NCBI GenBank assembly: GCA_041666915.1
Contig: JBAYFZ010000001.1
Location: forward strand, 201,086-265,085
DNA from: Minisyncoccota bacterium
GTDB taxonomy: Bacteria > Patescibacteriota > Minisyncoccia > Phycocordibacterales > PALSA-1337
Direction of reading: 5' to 3'
DNA length: 64,000 bases
Positions 1 to 9,239 of the stretch are shown piece by piece. Under the pieces are notes generated by a model that was not told where the DNA came from, ran no database searches, and worked only from the letters and a program-made list of their open reading frames with translations. The position numbers were made by a program, and so were the translations under genes. Position 1 is the first letter of the stretch; every line of letters starts with the position of its first letter.

Positions 1-416
1 AATACAGACGAGTCTATAATTATATGTTGTACGGGACATTGTAATTCATTAAAACTACTGAAGTTCGAGGTGAATAAATCTACTTTTTCAGTTAATTCCT
101 TGCTGGTATATACATGTATTCCAACTTCTCGGTCATGAAATCTCCAATAATTAAATATTCTATTCTTAAAATAATCAAAAAATTCTCTATGTGAAAGCTT
201 TGTCTTAAATAATTTATTAAGTGTTTCTTTATCCGCTTCACGATTTACAATAAATGCTATATCCAAATCTGAATACTTATCATGTGTCCCCGCCACACGA
301 GAACCGTGAAGCCAACACGAATTCACATACGATAAAGACTCCAGATTGGAGAGTATCCAGAGTAAGAATGGTCGATATTCATTTACGGGCAACTTAGATA
401 ATATACTTGTCTTCAT
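1..416 (-). CDS. Nucleotidyltransferase (pol beta superfamily), 3' end runs off the window
   Basis: Manual translation from ATG at 416: MKTSILSK...CWLHGSRVAGTHDKYSDLDIAF, with the GS...DxD motif; open to base 1; overlaps the stop of the dehydrogenase; absent from the ORF track. Confidence 0.75.
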   Translation of the reverse strand, partial: MKTSILSKLPVNEYRPFLLWILSNLESLSYVNSCWLHGSRVAGTHDKYSDLDIAFIVNREADKETLNKLFKTKLSHREFFDYFKNRIFNYWRFHDREVGIHVYTSKELTEKVDLFTSNFSSFNELQCPVQHIIIDSSV

Positions 417-1359
417 GATTTATGATATTTAAATTTCTTCCTGATATAAACGCCCTGATATTATCGACTAATATTTTAGATATCTTGGTCTCAGACATCA
501 TTGTCTTAAAACCTATATGCGGTGTAAGAATGACATTATTAAAACTAAGTAAGGAATCATCTATTTTGATTGGTTCTCTTTCAAATACATCTAGTCCAGC
601 CGCAAAAATCTTTTTGCTCTTAATATTACTTACCAAAGCTTCAGTATCTATAACCGCACCTCGACTTGTATTTACAAGCACTACCCCATCTTTCATCAGA
701 TTAAACTCTCTCCGAGCGATTAGATGCTTTGTATTTTGATTCAACGGCACATGCAATGAAATGTAATCTGATTTACTGAGCAACTGTTCCAACTCATCTC
801 TATTACTCTTACTATCAATTGAAATAATATTCATATCAAATCCACTACGCGCTATTTCAGAGACTCTTTTACCTATCCTTCCGTATCCTATAATTCCAAG
901 CGTTTTACCCTTCAATTCTAGTCCCCTGTAAAGATGTGGATCCCAAATACCAGCACGTAATTCAGATACAGCCTTATAATATAATCTTGATGATGCAATC
1001 AATAGACCGATAACGTGTTCAGCAACCGCCTGTGTACAATAATCAGGTATATTTGCCACCACAATTCCATTTTTATCTGCAGCATCTATATCAATAAAAT
1101 CAAAACCAGACCCGAATACACAAATTAATTTTGTTTTATTGAGTTTTCCGATGATAGAATCGTCTAGTCTATATTTATTGACAATAATAACTTCCGCATT
1201 AGATATGCGGTGTAAAACCTCCTCATCCGAAACTGGGTCTGAATTATATTCAACAAACGAATCACAAAATGAAGTCAATATATTTTTGTCATCTTGTAGA
1301 ATCTTAGCATTATCAATGGATACAATTTTTGATATCTTCATATTATTTAAAATAGGCAA
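394..1359 (-). CDS. D-isomer-specific 2-hydroxyacid dehydrogenase
   Basis: GIIGYGRIG NAD-binding motif, NTSRG, LDVFEREP, TPHIG; true start may be the ATG of MKISK. Confidence 0.92.
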   Translation of the reverse strand: MPILNNMKISKIVSIDNAKILQDDKNILTSFCDSFVEYNSDPVSDEEVLHRISNAEVIIVNKYRLDDSIIGKLNKTKLICVFGSGFDFIDIDAADKNGIVVANIPDYCTQAVAEHVIGLLIASSRLYYKAVSELRAGIWDPHLYRGLELKGKTLGIIGYGRIGKRVSEIARSGFDMNIISIDSKSNRDELEQLLSKSDYISLHVPLNQNTKHLIARREFNLMKDGVVLVNTSRGAVIDTEALVSNIKSKKIFAAGLDVFEREPIKIDDSLLSFNNVILTPHIGFKTMMSETKISKILVDNIRAFISGRNLNIINHEDKYII

Positions 1360-1392
1360 TCAATAGCTTCCTTCTTTTTAGACCTTTCTTTA

Positions 1393-1446
1393 TCAATTGA
1401 TTCTCCTTCCACATTGTCCATCACCGTCACATGTGTTTTCGGGCAT
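1393..1446 (-). CDS. 17-aa peptide MPENTCDGDGQCGRRIN
   Basis: ATG preceded by AAAGGAAAAACT (SD-like), ends TGA TAA; first ORF after the 11-bp repeat promoter. Confidence 0.45.
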   Translation of the reverse strand: MPENTCDGDGQCGRRIN

Positions 1447-1495
1447 AGTTTTTCCTTTCGTTTTAAAACTACAATCGTCTACTTTCTTTGAGTAT

Positions 1496-1574
1496 ATCAT
1501 ACACATACGAGTTAAAATCCTGATAAAAAAAGGTTAAAGAAACGATAAAAAAGCGTTAAAGAAACAATGAAGAT
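1496..1574 (-). promoter_or_regulatory. 11-bp tandem repeat promoter element, copy A (6 units plus -10 TATGAT)
   Basis: Minus strand: ttcttcattgt|ttctttaacgc|ttttttatcgt|ttctttaacct|ttttttatcag|gattttaactc-N7-TATGAT; near-identical to 10756 and 39282. Confidence 0.75.
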
Positions 1575-1785
1575 TTTGATTCTGTAATGTGGCTACAAAT
1601 AACGATAAAATCTACTTTTACCTCGAGAAGTTGCTAAAAACATGTAAAAAGTGAGAGTAAAAAGGGGTATGTGAGGGTGTTTTTGGGTCAAAAATAATTT
1701 TTATGTAAACATAAATATTTACAGCGTGATAGTTTATACCAATCACTAACAAGTTACCTACGTATAGGTATTTTATGTTTTAAAT

Positions 1786-1914
1786 ATGGAAATCGATAAT
1801 CCAAATGCTATATTTCCTATAATAATCAAGGATATCTTATCCAAAGCCTTTTACCTTTTCAAAGATTTATTTGACGCATTTATAGGAACAAAAAAGGACG
1901 AGCGAAGTCGGTAA
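1786..1914 (+). CDS. Small hypothetical protein (42 aa)
   Basis: Manual ORF MEIDNPNAIFPIIIKDILSKAFYLFKDLFDAFIGTKKDERSR; no homology recognised. Confidence 0.3.
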   Translation: MEIDNPNAIFPIIIKDILSKAFYLFKDLFDAFIGTKKDERSR

Positions 1915-1964
1915 GAAACAAAAAATTTCAAATATTTGAGAGATGTGCTAGATTTATTCCCTTA

Positions 1965-2108
1965 ATGGATAAATCACCCAACAAAGAAGCGATCGCTTTT
2001 TTCACCGAATGTATAGGCATGGGTGGTGTCCTCATGCTGATCGTTGGATTTTTTCTCCTCAGGATTCTAGAGACTTTTGGAATAGTGAAGGTGAATTTGT
2101 GGAATTAA
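1965..2108 (+). CDS. Small single-TM protein (47 aa)
   Basis: MDKSPNKEAIAFFTECIGMGGVLMLIVGFFLLRILETFGIVKVNLWN; TGCTAGATT -10-like box upstream, hairpin terminator downstream. Confidence 0.45.
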   Translation: MDKSPNKEAIAFFTECIGMGGVLMLIVGFFLLRILETFGIVKVNLWN

Positions 2109-2160
2109 AAAACTGCAAAATCCTTTTGGGATCATGCAGTTTTCGTGAATTTAAAATACG

Positions 2161-3978
2161 TTAGGCCAGAATCACTTGATTGTGTACCAAACGTCGATAA
2201 TAACCATCTTTTTGTACAAGTTCCTCGTGAGAACCTTGCTCAACAAGCTTCCCTTCATCAAAGACAAATATTTTGTCGACATCTTTCACTGTCGCCAAAC
2301 GATGAGCAATGATGATGGTCGTCTTTCCAACAGAAGCTTCTCGGATACTTTCCCGAATAATAGCTTCATTTTCAGTATCAAGACTTGAAGTAGCCTCATC
2401 AAAGATCAATATTTGCGGATTCTTGATGAGTGCTCGAGCAATACCGACCCTTTGCCTCTGACCGCCAGACAATTTGAGACCACGTTCACCGACCAAAGTA
2501 TCCCAACCATTTTCAAGCTTATTGGAAAATTCCGATACGCGTGAGAGTTTGGAAATATGGTCAAGTTGTTCGTTGGTAACTTTATCAGCTGACCCATTCA
2601 GACCAAAGGTGATGTTGTAGCGCATAGAACCGTCGAACAGTGCTACGTCTTGCGGTACCAAACCAATATTGCGACGAAGCTCTCGGTAATCGAGCATCCG
2701 TATGTCAACTCCGTCTATCAGTACATGACCAGCCTGAGAATCGTACGCCCTAAGAACAAGTCCTATAAGCGTTGATTTCCCTGCTCCAGATGGACCAACA
2801 AACGCATAACGTTTACCGGGATCTAGAACGAGAGAGATGTCCTGAAGAGCTGGTATCTCCTGATGCTCTTTCGTGGAAGTTTCTTCACCTTCATCGTCAT
2901 TTAATGAATCCTTATCTGTGCGCTTACGATAAGTGAAACTGACGTGACGAAACTCAATTCTCCCTTGCAGATTTTCAATGGGTACCGGCTTATCGGGCAT
3001 TAGAATATCTGGCTGATAATCCAAAAACCTGAAATATTTACTAACAGGTGCTAGATTTTTCATCAGATTACGTTGGACGTGACTAATGTTAGTCAAAGTC
3101 CCTAATGCCGAACCAATCCATATGACAACTGCTACAAATGTTCCTGGTGTAATCGTTCCTTTACGGGCCAAGTAGGCACTAATAGCAATACATAATGTCT
3201 GGGAGATTATCAAAAAGAATTGTCCCCCATAGAAACAAACACCGTAGGATAACCACACTGGCTTACCTTGCAATCCTTCAGTATTCTTTTCTTCGTCACA
3301 CTCTCTTCGCACACGCTCTTCTTGGGCATTAGCAAAGACAAGATCTGCATTTTCTATCACCTCGCCACGTTTCTTTGAAACAGTATTGGATAAAGTGTCC
3401 AATTTTCGTAACCGTGGAGAAAAAGAAGTATTGTACTTCACGGTATAGATGGCATAGCAGATAATTACAAAGATTACACAAGCACCGATAATCGGTACTT
3501 TCACTAGAAGAAGTCCTAGTGGTATGAAAACCATGAGAATAGTCGGAACAAGTTCGTATATTCCCATATTTACAATACCAGCAACGGCAGCTTCTCCTTT
3601 GCTCATAATACTTCGTTTGATGATCGAGTGTCCTGCATGATGTTGGCCCATAGATATGCTGAAAAACTTTTCCAGAGATATCCGTGAGAGATGCCTGTAC
3701 AATTCATAATCCAAATTATGAATTTCAAAACGTTCTCGAAAGAGAGCGAGACTGTTCCTTGTACATCCGAGTAATCCCCAAAGACAGATAGCTATGATCA
3801 GGGTTTGAGTCTCGTCGGTTTTTGACGATGAGACCGACGTTACGATCATTCCAAAGATCATTGGGAATATCGCGATTATCGCTTGAATGACAAGGATAAG
3901 GCCGAGAATACTGATGATTTTACGATGATATGGAGCACATAAGCCCCAAATCCGTTTTAGAGTTTGTACTTTTTTCAC
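2161..3978 (-). CDS. ABC exporter, fused permease and ATPase (MsbA/MdlB-like)
   Basis: N-terminal TM helices, GPSGAGKST Walker A, LSGGQRQR signature, ILIFDEATS, IAHRL. Confidence 0.95.
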   Translation of the reverse strand: MKKVQTLKRIWGLCAPYHRKIISILGLILVIQAIIAIFPMIFGMIVTSVSSSKTDETQTLIIAICLWGLLGCTRNSLALFRERFEIHNLDYELYRHLSRISLEKFFSISMGQHHAGHSIIKRSIMSKGEAAVAGIVNMGIYELVPTILMVFIPLGLLLVKVPIIGACVIFVIICYAIYTVKYNTSFSPRLRKLDTLSNTVSKKRGEVIENADLVFANAQEERVRRECDEEKNTEGLQGKPVWLSYGVCFYGGQFFLIISQTLCIAISAYLARKGTITPGTFVAVVIWIGSALGTLTNISHVQRNLMKNLAPVSKYFRFLDYQPDILMPDKPVPIENLQGRIEFRHVSFTYRKRTDKDSLNDDEGEETSTKEHQEIPALQDISLVLDPGKRYAFVGPSGAGKSTLIGLVLRAYDSQAGHVLIDGVDIRMLDYRELRRNIGLVPQDVALFDGSMRYNITFGLNGSADKVTNEQLDHISKLSRVSEFSNKLENGWDTLVGERGLKLSGGQRQRVGIARALIKNPQILIFDEATSSLDTENEAIIRESIREASVGKTTIIIAHRLATVKDVDKIFVFDEGKLVEQGSHEELVQKDGYYRRLVHNQVILA

Positions 3979-4089
3979 AAGTCAAAGATCTTTCTTTTGT
4001 TGATGTTAATTTTTTCACGTACGCACGTACGCAAAAATTCTGTGTAACATTATATCACACATTTTATAAAAATCAAGTTTTCTATCACC

Positions 4090-4797
4090 CTAAACCCTCT
4101 CATACAACCCACTCACTTCCCTATGCAAAATCTCTGTTATAGAATCTACAGATTGACCATTGGGGATATTGATTTCACCACCAACATTGATGAAAAACTC
4201 TCTTCGAAGCCACTTACGTTCACCCAGGCGGAATGAGACAGGAATGATATGGACACCAGTCTTTTGTTGGAGGACAGCGGCACCTTTTTTGAATGGACCA
4301 ACTTGGTCGCCATAGGTGATCTTCCCTTCCGGATAAATAACGATATTACCACCAATATGGATGATCTCTACAGCTTTCTCAATATTCTTTTCAATACCCA
4401 AACCAGGGGTTACAGTGAATACCCCAAATAATGAATAAATAAAATCAACAACACCTATTTTAGCGAGAAAATTCAGAGATCTAGTATTGAACTTGGTAAC
4501 AGCCATGAATCGCAAAGGTAGATGATGGGTGAATACACCTAGAACTAGACGAAAGAGAAAACTGTCGTAAAAAGAGACGTGGTTTGTAATGATGACAAAA
4601 GGCCCCTTCGTGCGTGGGAATATTTCTTGGCCACGTATACGGACTTTGAGCGTGCTGTGGAACAACAAGAAAAGCAACGGCCACGTGACGTATTGAGTAA
4701 TTTTGGCAAACTCGTTTATGATCCTCTCTTTTGAGACAGCTTTTTTCGTAGTTGGTATTTCGAACGTATCAGCGATATTTTCCGCAACAGTTGACAT
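4090..4797 (-). CDS. plsC: 1-acyl-sn-glycerol-3-phosphate acyltransferase family protein
   Basis: NHVSFYD (HX4D), IYPEG, PFKKGA motifs. Confidence 0.85.
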   Translation of the reverse strand: MSTVAENIADTFEIPTTKKAVSKERIINEFAKITQYVTWPLLFLLFHSTLKVRIRGQEIFPRTKGPFVIITNHVSFYDSFLFRLVLGVFTHHLPLRFMAVTKFNTRSLNFLAKIGVVDFIYSLFGVFTVTPGLGIEKNIEKAVEIIHIGGNIVIYPEGKITYGDQVGPFKKGAAVLQQKTGVHIIPVSFRLGERKWLRREFFINVGGEINIPNGQSVDSITEILHREVSGLYERV

Positions 4798-4848
4798 GAT
4801 AGATAATTATAGCACTATTCTTATTTTAAATTTGGTCTTGTGGATAAT

Positions 4849-7062
4849 TTAAGCGGGCTCCTCGACCGTGCTCGGAGCAGGCCACTTTTCCACAATCAAC
4901 ATTTTCTTGTTTGAAATAGGCATTTCTGACCAAATCTCCTCTGTGATATATGGCATGAATGGATGCAGTGCCTTCAGGATCGTAGCGAAGATTTCCATGA
5001 GCAATTGTTTTCTAGAGAGGATTTCCTCGGCTGTACCCTCAGAAATAACTTTCTTACTTTCTTCTATGATGAGATCAGCATAGTTGTGCCAAGCATAATG
5101 ATAGAGTTTTTCTCCAGCTAGATAATATCTAAAATTGTCCATATCTGAAGTAACGTCAGTCATGAGAGCTTTCATTTCATTCAATAATTTCAGATCAGCT
5201 GGTGCATAGGCTTTGAAATTGCTATCAAATGTAAAAGGTAAAGTCCCTTCAATGATCTTTCCACCAGGACCGATGCCTTCCAAGGTTGAGAAGACGAATC
5301 TGGCAACATTCCATAGTTTATTTGCGAACTTTTTGTAAGCCGAGACTTTGTCATCAGATAGAGCTAGAGAAGTTCCAGGAGTATTGCCTATGACCAATCC
5401 CATCCTGAAGGCATCTGTACCAAATTTAGAAGTGAGGTCTAGAGGGTTGATAACATTTCCTTTACTCTTACTCATCTTCAGACCTTTTGCATCCAAAACA
5501 AGCCCGTGTAAATAAACAGTTTTGAAAGGAATCTTTCCCGTAACATAAAGCCCCATCATTATCATCCTAGAAACCCAGAAGAAAATGATTTCTCCAGCTG
5601 TTTCCATGACATCTGTAGGATAGTAATTTTTGAAATCTTCTCCATTTGGAAAACCGAGTGTAGCAAAAGGCCATTGGCATGAAGAAAACCAAGTATCAAA
5701 AGTATCGTTATCTTTTTCCAAAGCACCGTCGCATTTTTTACAATTGGTTAGTTTGTCTTCTAGATCAACAAAACCTTCTCCGCAACTCTTACAAATCTTG
5801 GCAGGTATAGGTATACCCCAAACGATCTGTCTAGAAATATTCCAATCCATTATATTCTCTAGCCAATGAAGAGTGATCTTTTGATAATGATCTGGTATAT
5901 AAGTAATGTCACCAGAATTAATCTTTTCTAGAGCTTTCTCTGCCAAAGGTTTCATTTTGACGAACCACTGACTGCGAATCTGAGGTTCAATGAGAGTTCC
6001 GCATTTGTAGCAAGTACGAACTACGTGTTTGTAACCAGTATCAATCTTTTCAACCAAACCTTTTGATTTCAATTTTTCAATGATAAGCGGACGAGCCTTC
6101 TTGATATGTTGGCCAGCGAATTCTCCTGCAATAGGCAAAAGTTTACCCATTTCATCTATAATCTGCTCTTTATCAAGGTTATGACGCTCGGCAATGCCGA
6201 AGTCCACAGGATCATGCCAAGGAGTGATGGTCATGACACCTGTACCGAATTCCATATCTATAGCTGTATCCTTGATGATGGTGGCGGTGATGGGACCGTT
6301 TATCCATTCAAGTTCTATTTTCTGTCCTTCTTTGTAATTTGCATAACGCTTGTCATCCGGATGCATAACGACATATTTGTCACCAAATTTTGTTTCTGGT
6401 CTAGAAGTACCGATGACGAATGGGCCATATTTCAAGAAATAGAATTCTTCGGTTCTCTCTTCATCTTTTATTTCCAAATCAGAAAAAGCCGTCTGATGTT
6501 TTGTACACCAACTGACTATGCGCTTGCCACGATAAAGTAGGTTATCATCAGAGAGTTTTTTGAAAGTTCCGTAAACAGTCTTGACTACATCTGGATCTAG
6601 TGTGAATTTTTGACGTGACCAATCGCAGGAAGCGCCCATTTTCCTAACTTGAGATGTGATATTGGAAGAATTGGTCAAAGTAAAATCCAAGATTTCCTGA
6701 TATAACTTTTTTGGTTCAATATCAAAACGAGTTCTACCTTCTTTCTCCAACTTTTTTTCATAAACTACTTGAGTTTCAAATCCAGCATGATCCAAACCTG
6801 GCAACCAAAGAGTTCTAAAACCAGACATACGCTTGTAGCGAGTCATGATGTCTTCAACCGTCATAACTAGTCCGTGGCCAGCATGAAGAGAACCGTTGGC
6901 ATTGGTTGGGGGCATGATAATAGTAAAAGGCTTGGCATCCTTTGCAGTGATTCCACTTTTTACACATTCATCAGGGTTAAAAAAACCACTTTTTTCCCAC
7001 TTCGTGTATATTCTCTCCTCGGTCTCTTTTGGGTCGTAAGGCTTTAGGAATTTTCCGTCCAT
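4849..7062 (-). CDS. valS: Valine--tRNA ligase (compact, lacks C-terminal coiled coil)
   Basis: PPTNANGSLHAGH, PGLDHAG, DWNISRQIVWG, DTFDTWFSS, KMSKSKGN. Confidence 0.96.
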   Translation of the reverse strand: MDGKFLKPYDPKETEERIYTKWEKSGFFNPDECVKSGITAKDAKPFTIIMPPTNANGSLHAGHGLVMTVEDIMTRYKRMSGFRTLWLPGLDHAGFETQVVYEKKLEKEGRTRFDIEPKKLYQEILDFTLTNSSNITSQVRKMGASCDWSRQKFTLDPDVVKTVYGTFKKLSDDNLLYRGKRIVSWCTKHQTAFSDLEIKDEERTEEFYFLKYGPFVIGTSRPETKFGDKYVVMHPDDKRYANYKEGQKIELEWINGPITATIIKDTAIDMEFGTGVMTITPWHDPVDFGIAERHNLDKEQIIDEMGKLLPIAGEFAGQHIKKARPLIIEKLKSKGLVEKIDTGYKHVVRTCYKCGTLIEPQIRSQWFVKMKPLAEKALEKINSGDITYIPDHYQKITLHWLENIMDWNISRQIVWGIPIPAKICKSCGEGFVDLEDKLTNCKKCDGALEKDNDTFDTWFSSCQWPFATLGFPNGEDFKNYYPTDVMETAGEIIFFWVSRMIMMGLYVTGKIPFKTVYLHGLVLDAKGLKMSKSKGNVINPLDLTSKFGTDAFRMGLVIGNTPGTSLALSDDKVSAYKKFANKLWNVARFVFSTLEGIGPGGKIIEGTLPFTFDSNFKAYAPADLKLLNEMKALMTDVTSDMDNFRYYLAGEKLYHYAWHNYADLIIEESKKVISEGTAEEILSRKQLLMEIFATILKALHPFMPYITEEIWSEMPISNKKMLIVEKWPAPSTVEEPA

Positions 7063-7083
7063 ATGAAGATATTAGCATATTGT

Positions 7084-7169
7084 GTCATTCCCGCGAAGGC
7101 GGGAATCCATGAAGACAATTAAAGGAATTTTTTGGTAATATCCTGGATTCCCGCCTTCGCGGGAATGAC
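7084..7169. repeat. dRS3-like REP doublet, copy 1
   Basis: GTCATTCCCGCGAAGGCGGGAATCCA ... TGGATTCCCGCCTTCGCGGGAATGAC inverted pair. Confidence 0.95.
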
Positions 7170-7176
7170 GCAAGGA

Positions 7177-7698
7177 TTAGTATCTGTGGCCGTATCCTCC
7201 ATAATAAGTATTCAAATGAGCACTACCTATAGGACCACCGTAGTTATAATAGTTGTATCCACCGTTATAGATTCCAGTACCAAATGGGCCACCATAATAA
7301 GCACTGCCAACAGGACCGCCGTAATTGTAATAATTGTATCCACCATTGTAAATTCCAGTACCATAAGGATTGCCGTAGTAAGAACTACCATAATAAGTAT
7401 TATCATAGCCACCGTAATAATCGTTGTAACCACCATAGTCATATCCACCGTAATATGATCCGTAATAACTAGAGTCATAATAACTTACACTAGAATAATC
7501 ACTGTAGTAACTATCGGAATAGCTTCCATAATAACCACTGTCGTAACTATCGTAACCTCCATCATATCCACCATAATCACTGTAATAACCTCCGTAATCG
7601 TAATATTGAGCCTCTGCTTGGCTAGGAATAGCCATAAACAAGCCAAATATGGCAATAACAATGATTCCGGCTAGGGTGAATTTATTGGAAGATTTCAT
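7177..7698 (-). CDS. Secreted Tyr/Gly/Ser/Asp/Asn-rich low-complexity protein
   Basis: Signal peptide ending AEA-Q; mature part almost entirely YYG/YGG/YNY; 27-aa tandem duplication. Confidence 0.8.
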   Translation of the reverse strand: MKSSNKFTLAGIIVIAIFGLFMAIPSQAEAQYYDYGGYYSDYGGYDGGYDSYDSGYYGSYSDSYYSDYSSVSYYDSSYYGSYYGGYDYGGYNDYYGGYDNTYYGSSYYGNPYGTGIYNGGYNYYNYGGPVGSAYYGGPFGTGIYNGGYNYYNYGGPIGSAHLNTYYGGYGHRY

Positions 7699-7829
7699 AC
7701 AAAAAGTGTACTACTATTTTATAAAATGTCAAGGTTTTTGGATTCTCTAATGGTAAAACCCGACCAAGAAAAAACCCCGCTTTCGCGAGGCTTCTTCTAT
7801 TCTTATTAAGCCGTTAGGCCTAAAAAGTA

Positions 7830-8030
7830 TTATACGCGCTTTACATCCTGTGCGTTTGGTCCTTTTTGACCGTCAACGACATTGAAAGTAACAGCATCAC
7901 CTACTTTGAGTTCAGCAAAAGTGACACCGGAAAGATCGTTTGAGTGAAAGAAGAGATCTTTTGTCTCACCTTCACGAGCGATGAATCCGAATCCTTTCTC
8001 TGTCAAAGTCTTGATTGTTCCTGATTGCAT
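7830..8030 (-). CDS. cspA: Cold-shock protein
   Basis: KGFGFI (RNP1), LFFH (RNP2), KGPNA; 66 aa; terminator hairpin near 7770-7797. Confidence 0.95.
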   Translation of the reverse strand: MQSGTIKTLTEKGFGFIAREGETKDLFFHSNDLSGVTFAELKVGDAVTFNVVDGQKGPNAQDVKRV

Positions 8031-8175
8031 GGTTTTTGATTTTAAAATATAAATTGAAGAAGTTCGACTCGTTTCTTTGTGTAGACATCATAGCATAGAT
8101 GGTGATATTAACCTAATATGTTTGAGGTTTCTCATCAACTGGCGAATCGGGGCTTATCTTTGTTATACTATTCAT

Positions 8176-9102
8176 ATGATTTACACACATTCTTACCGTG
8201 GTATCGTTTGGCTCGATATGGAATCCCCTTCAGATGAAGAAGTTTCCAGTTTAATAAAACGTTATGGACTCCATCCTCTAGTTGGAGAGGAACTCAAGAT
8301 TTCTAGTTCTATAGCCAAGATTGATTTCTTTGATGATTACATCTTTATCGTTCTTACCCTACCAGTCCGCAAGCGTACAAAAAATGGTGGCTATGAGATT
8401 GTAGATCGTGAGATAGATTTTGTCATCGGTAAAAATTTTCTTATTACCTCAAGAGAAGATACTATTGAACAATTGGAGTATTTCGGTAAGATTTTTGATA
8501 CCAATTCTATTCTCAATAAAGATGAAAAGATTGAACACGCCGGTTATCTTTTCTACTATATGGTCAAACGTATATACGCCGGCATGGTTGAAGATTTGAA
8601 AAATATTCAGGATTCACTGGCTTCAGCAGAAAAAGGTATATACCAAGGCGATGAACGCAAAATGGTTGAGGTTTTATCAGCTCTCAGTCATGAACTTATT
8701 GATATCAAGCAAACTGCCAGAATGCATCGTGAAGTTTGGGAGAAAATGGTGGACTATGATGAGAAAAATTTCTTCGGAAAAGACTTCAATTCTTACGTAC
8801 ACGATATTCGCAATGAATTTAACATCATTCATGAACTTATCATAAATACCCATGAACTCTTGGCGGATCTACGCGAGACCAACGATTCCCTTTTAAATGC
8901 CAAGCAAAATGAGACGATCAAAATGTTGACCACTATCACCGTGATCTTCTATCCAGCCACACTCATTGCTTCCATATTCACTATTCCAGCTTTAGGCATC
9001 CCTATTTTGAATAATTCAAATAGTTGGGGTATCCTCATGATCATCTCTATTGTCTGTACCGGCGGTTTTTGGTATCTACTTAAAAAGAAGAACTGGATCT
9101 AG
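8176..9102 (+). CDS. corA: CorA-family divalent cation transporter
   Basis: WLDMESP, LHPL, NETIKMLTTIT, two C-terminal TMs; start moved to ATG 8176 after TGTTATACT; GMN motif absent. Confidence 0.85.
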   Translation: MIYTHSYRGIVWLDMESPSDEEVSSLIKRYGLHPLVGEELKISSSIAKIDFFDDYIFIVLTLPVRKRTKNGGYEIVDREIDFVIGKNFLITSREDTIEQLEYFGKIFDTNSILNKDEKIEHAGYLFYYMVKRIYAGMVEDLKNIQDSLASAEKGIYQGDERKMVEVLSALSHELIDIKQTARMHREVWEKMVDYDEKNFFGKDFNSYVHDIRNEFNIIHELIINTHELLADLRETNDSLLNAKQNETIKMLTTITVIFYPATLIASIFTIPALGIPILNNSNSWGILMIISIVCTGGFWYLLKKKNWI

Positions 9103-9103
9103 T

Positions 9104-9229
9104 AAAAACCTATGAATTTGATGCATTTCTTCGTTGCTTCGCTCGTTTGCTCCATCGCAGTATTAAACTATACAGCTCAGTCGCAAACATCGCTTGCGCC
9201 TCGAACTGCATTCAAATTCATAGGTTTTT
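9104..9229. mobile_element. MITE-like element with long terminal inverted repeats
   Basis: AAAAACCTATGAATTTGA(-)TGCA ... TGCATTCAAATTCATAGGTTTTT enclosing a GC-richer, partly self-complementary core. Confidence 0.6.
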
Positions 9230-9239
9230 GAAAAATAAC

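Noticed and set aside
7132-7478. Hydrophobic 108-aa and 83-aa ORFs
   Set aside because: Alternative-frame shadows of the Tyr/Gly-rich gene and the REP.
9147-9239. N-terminal extension of CysS
   Set aside because: It lies within the foldback element; CysS-like sequence begins at 9240.
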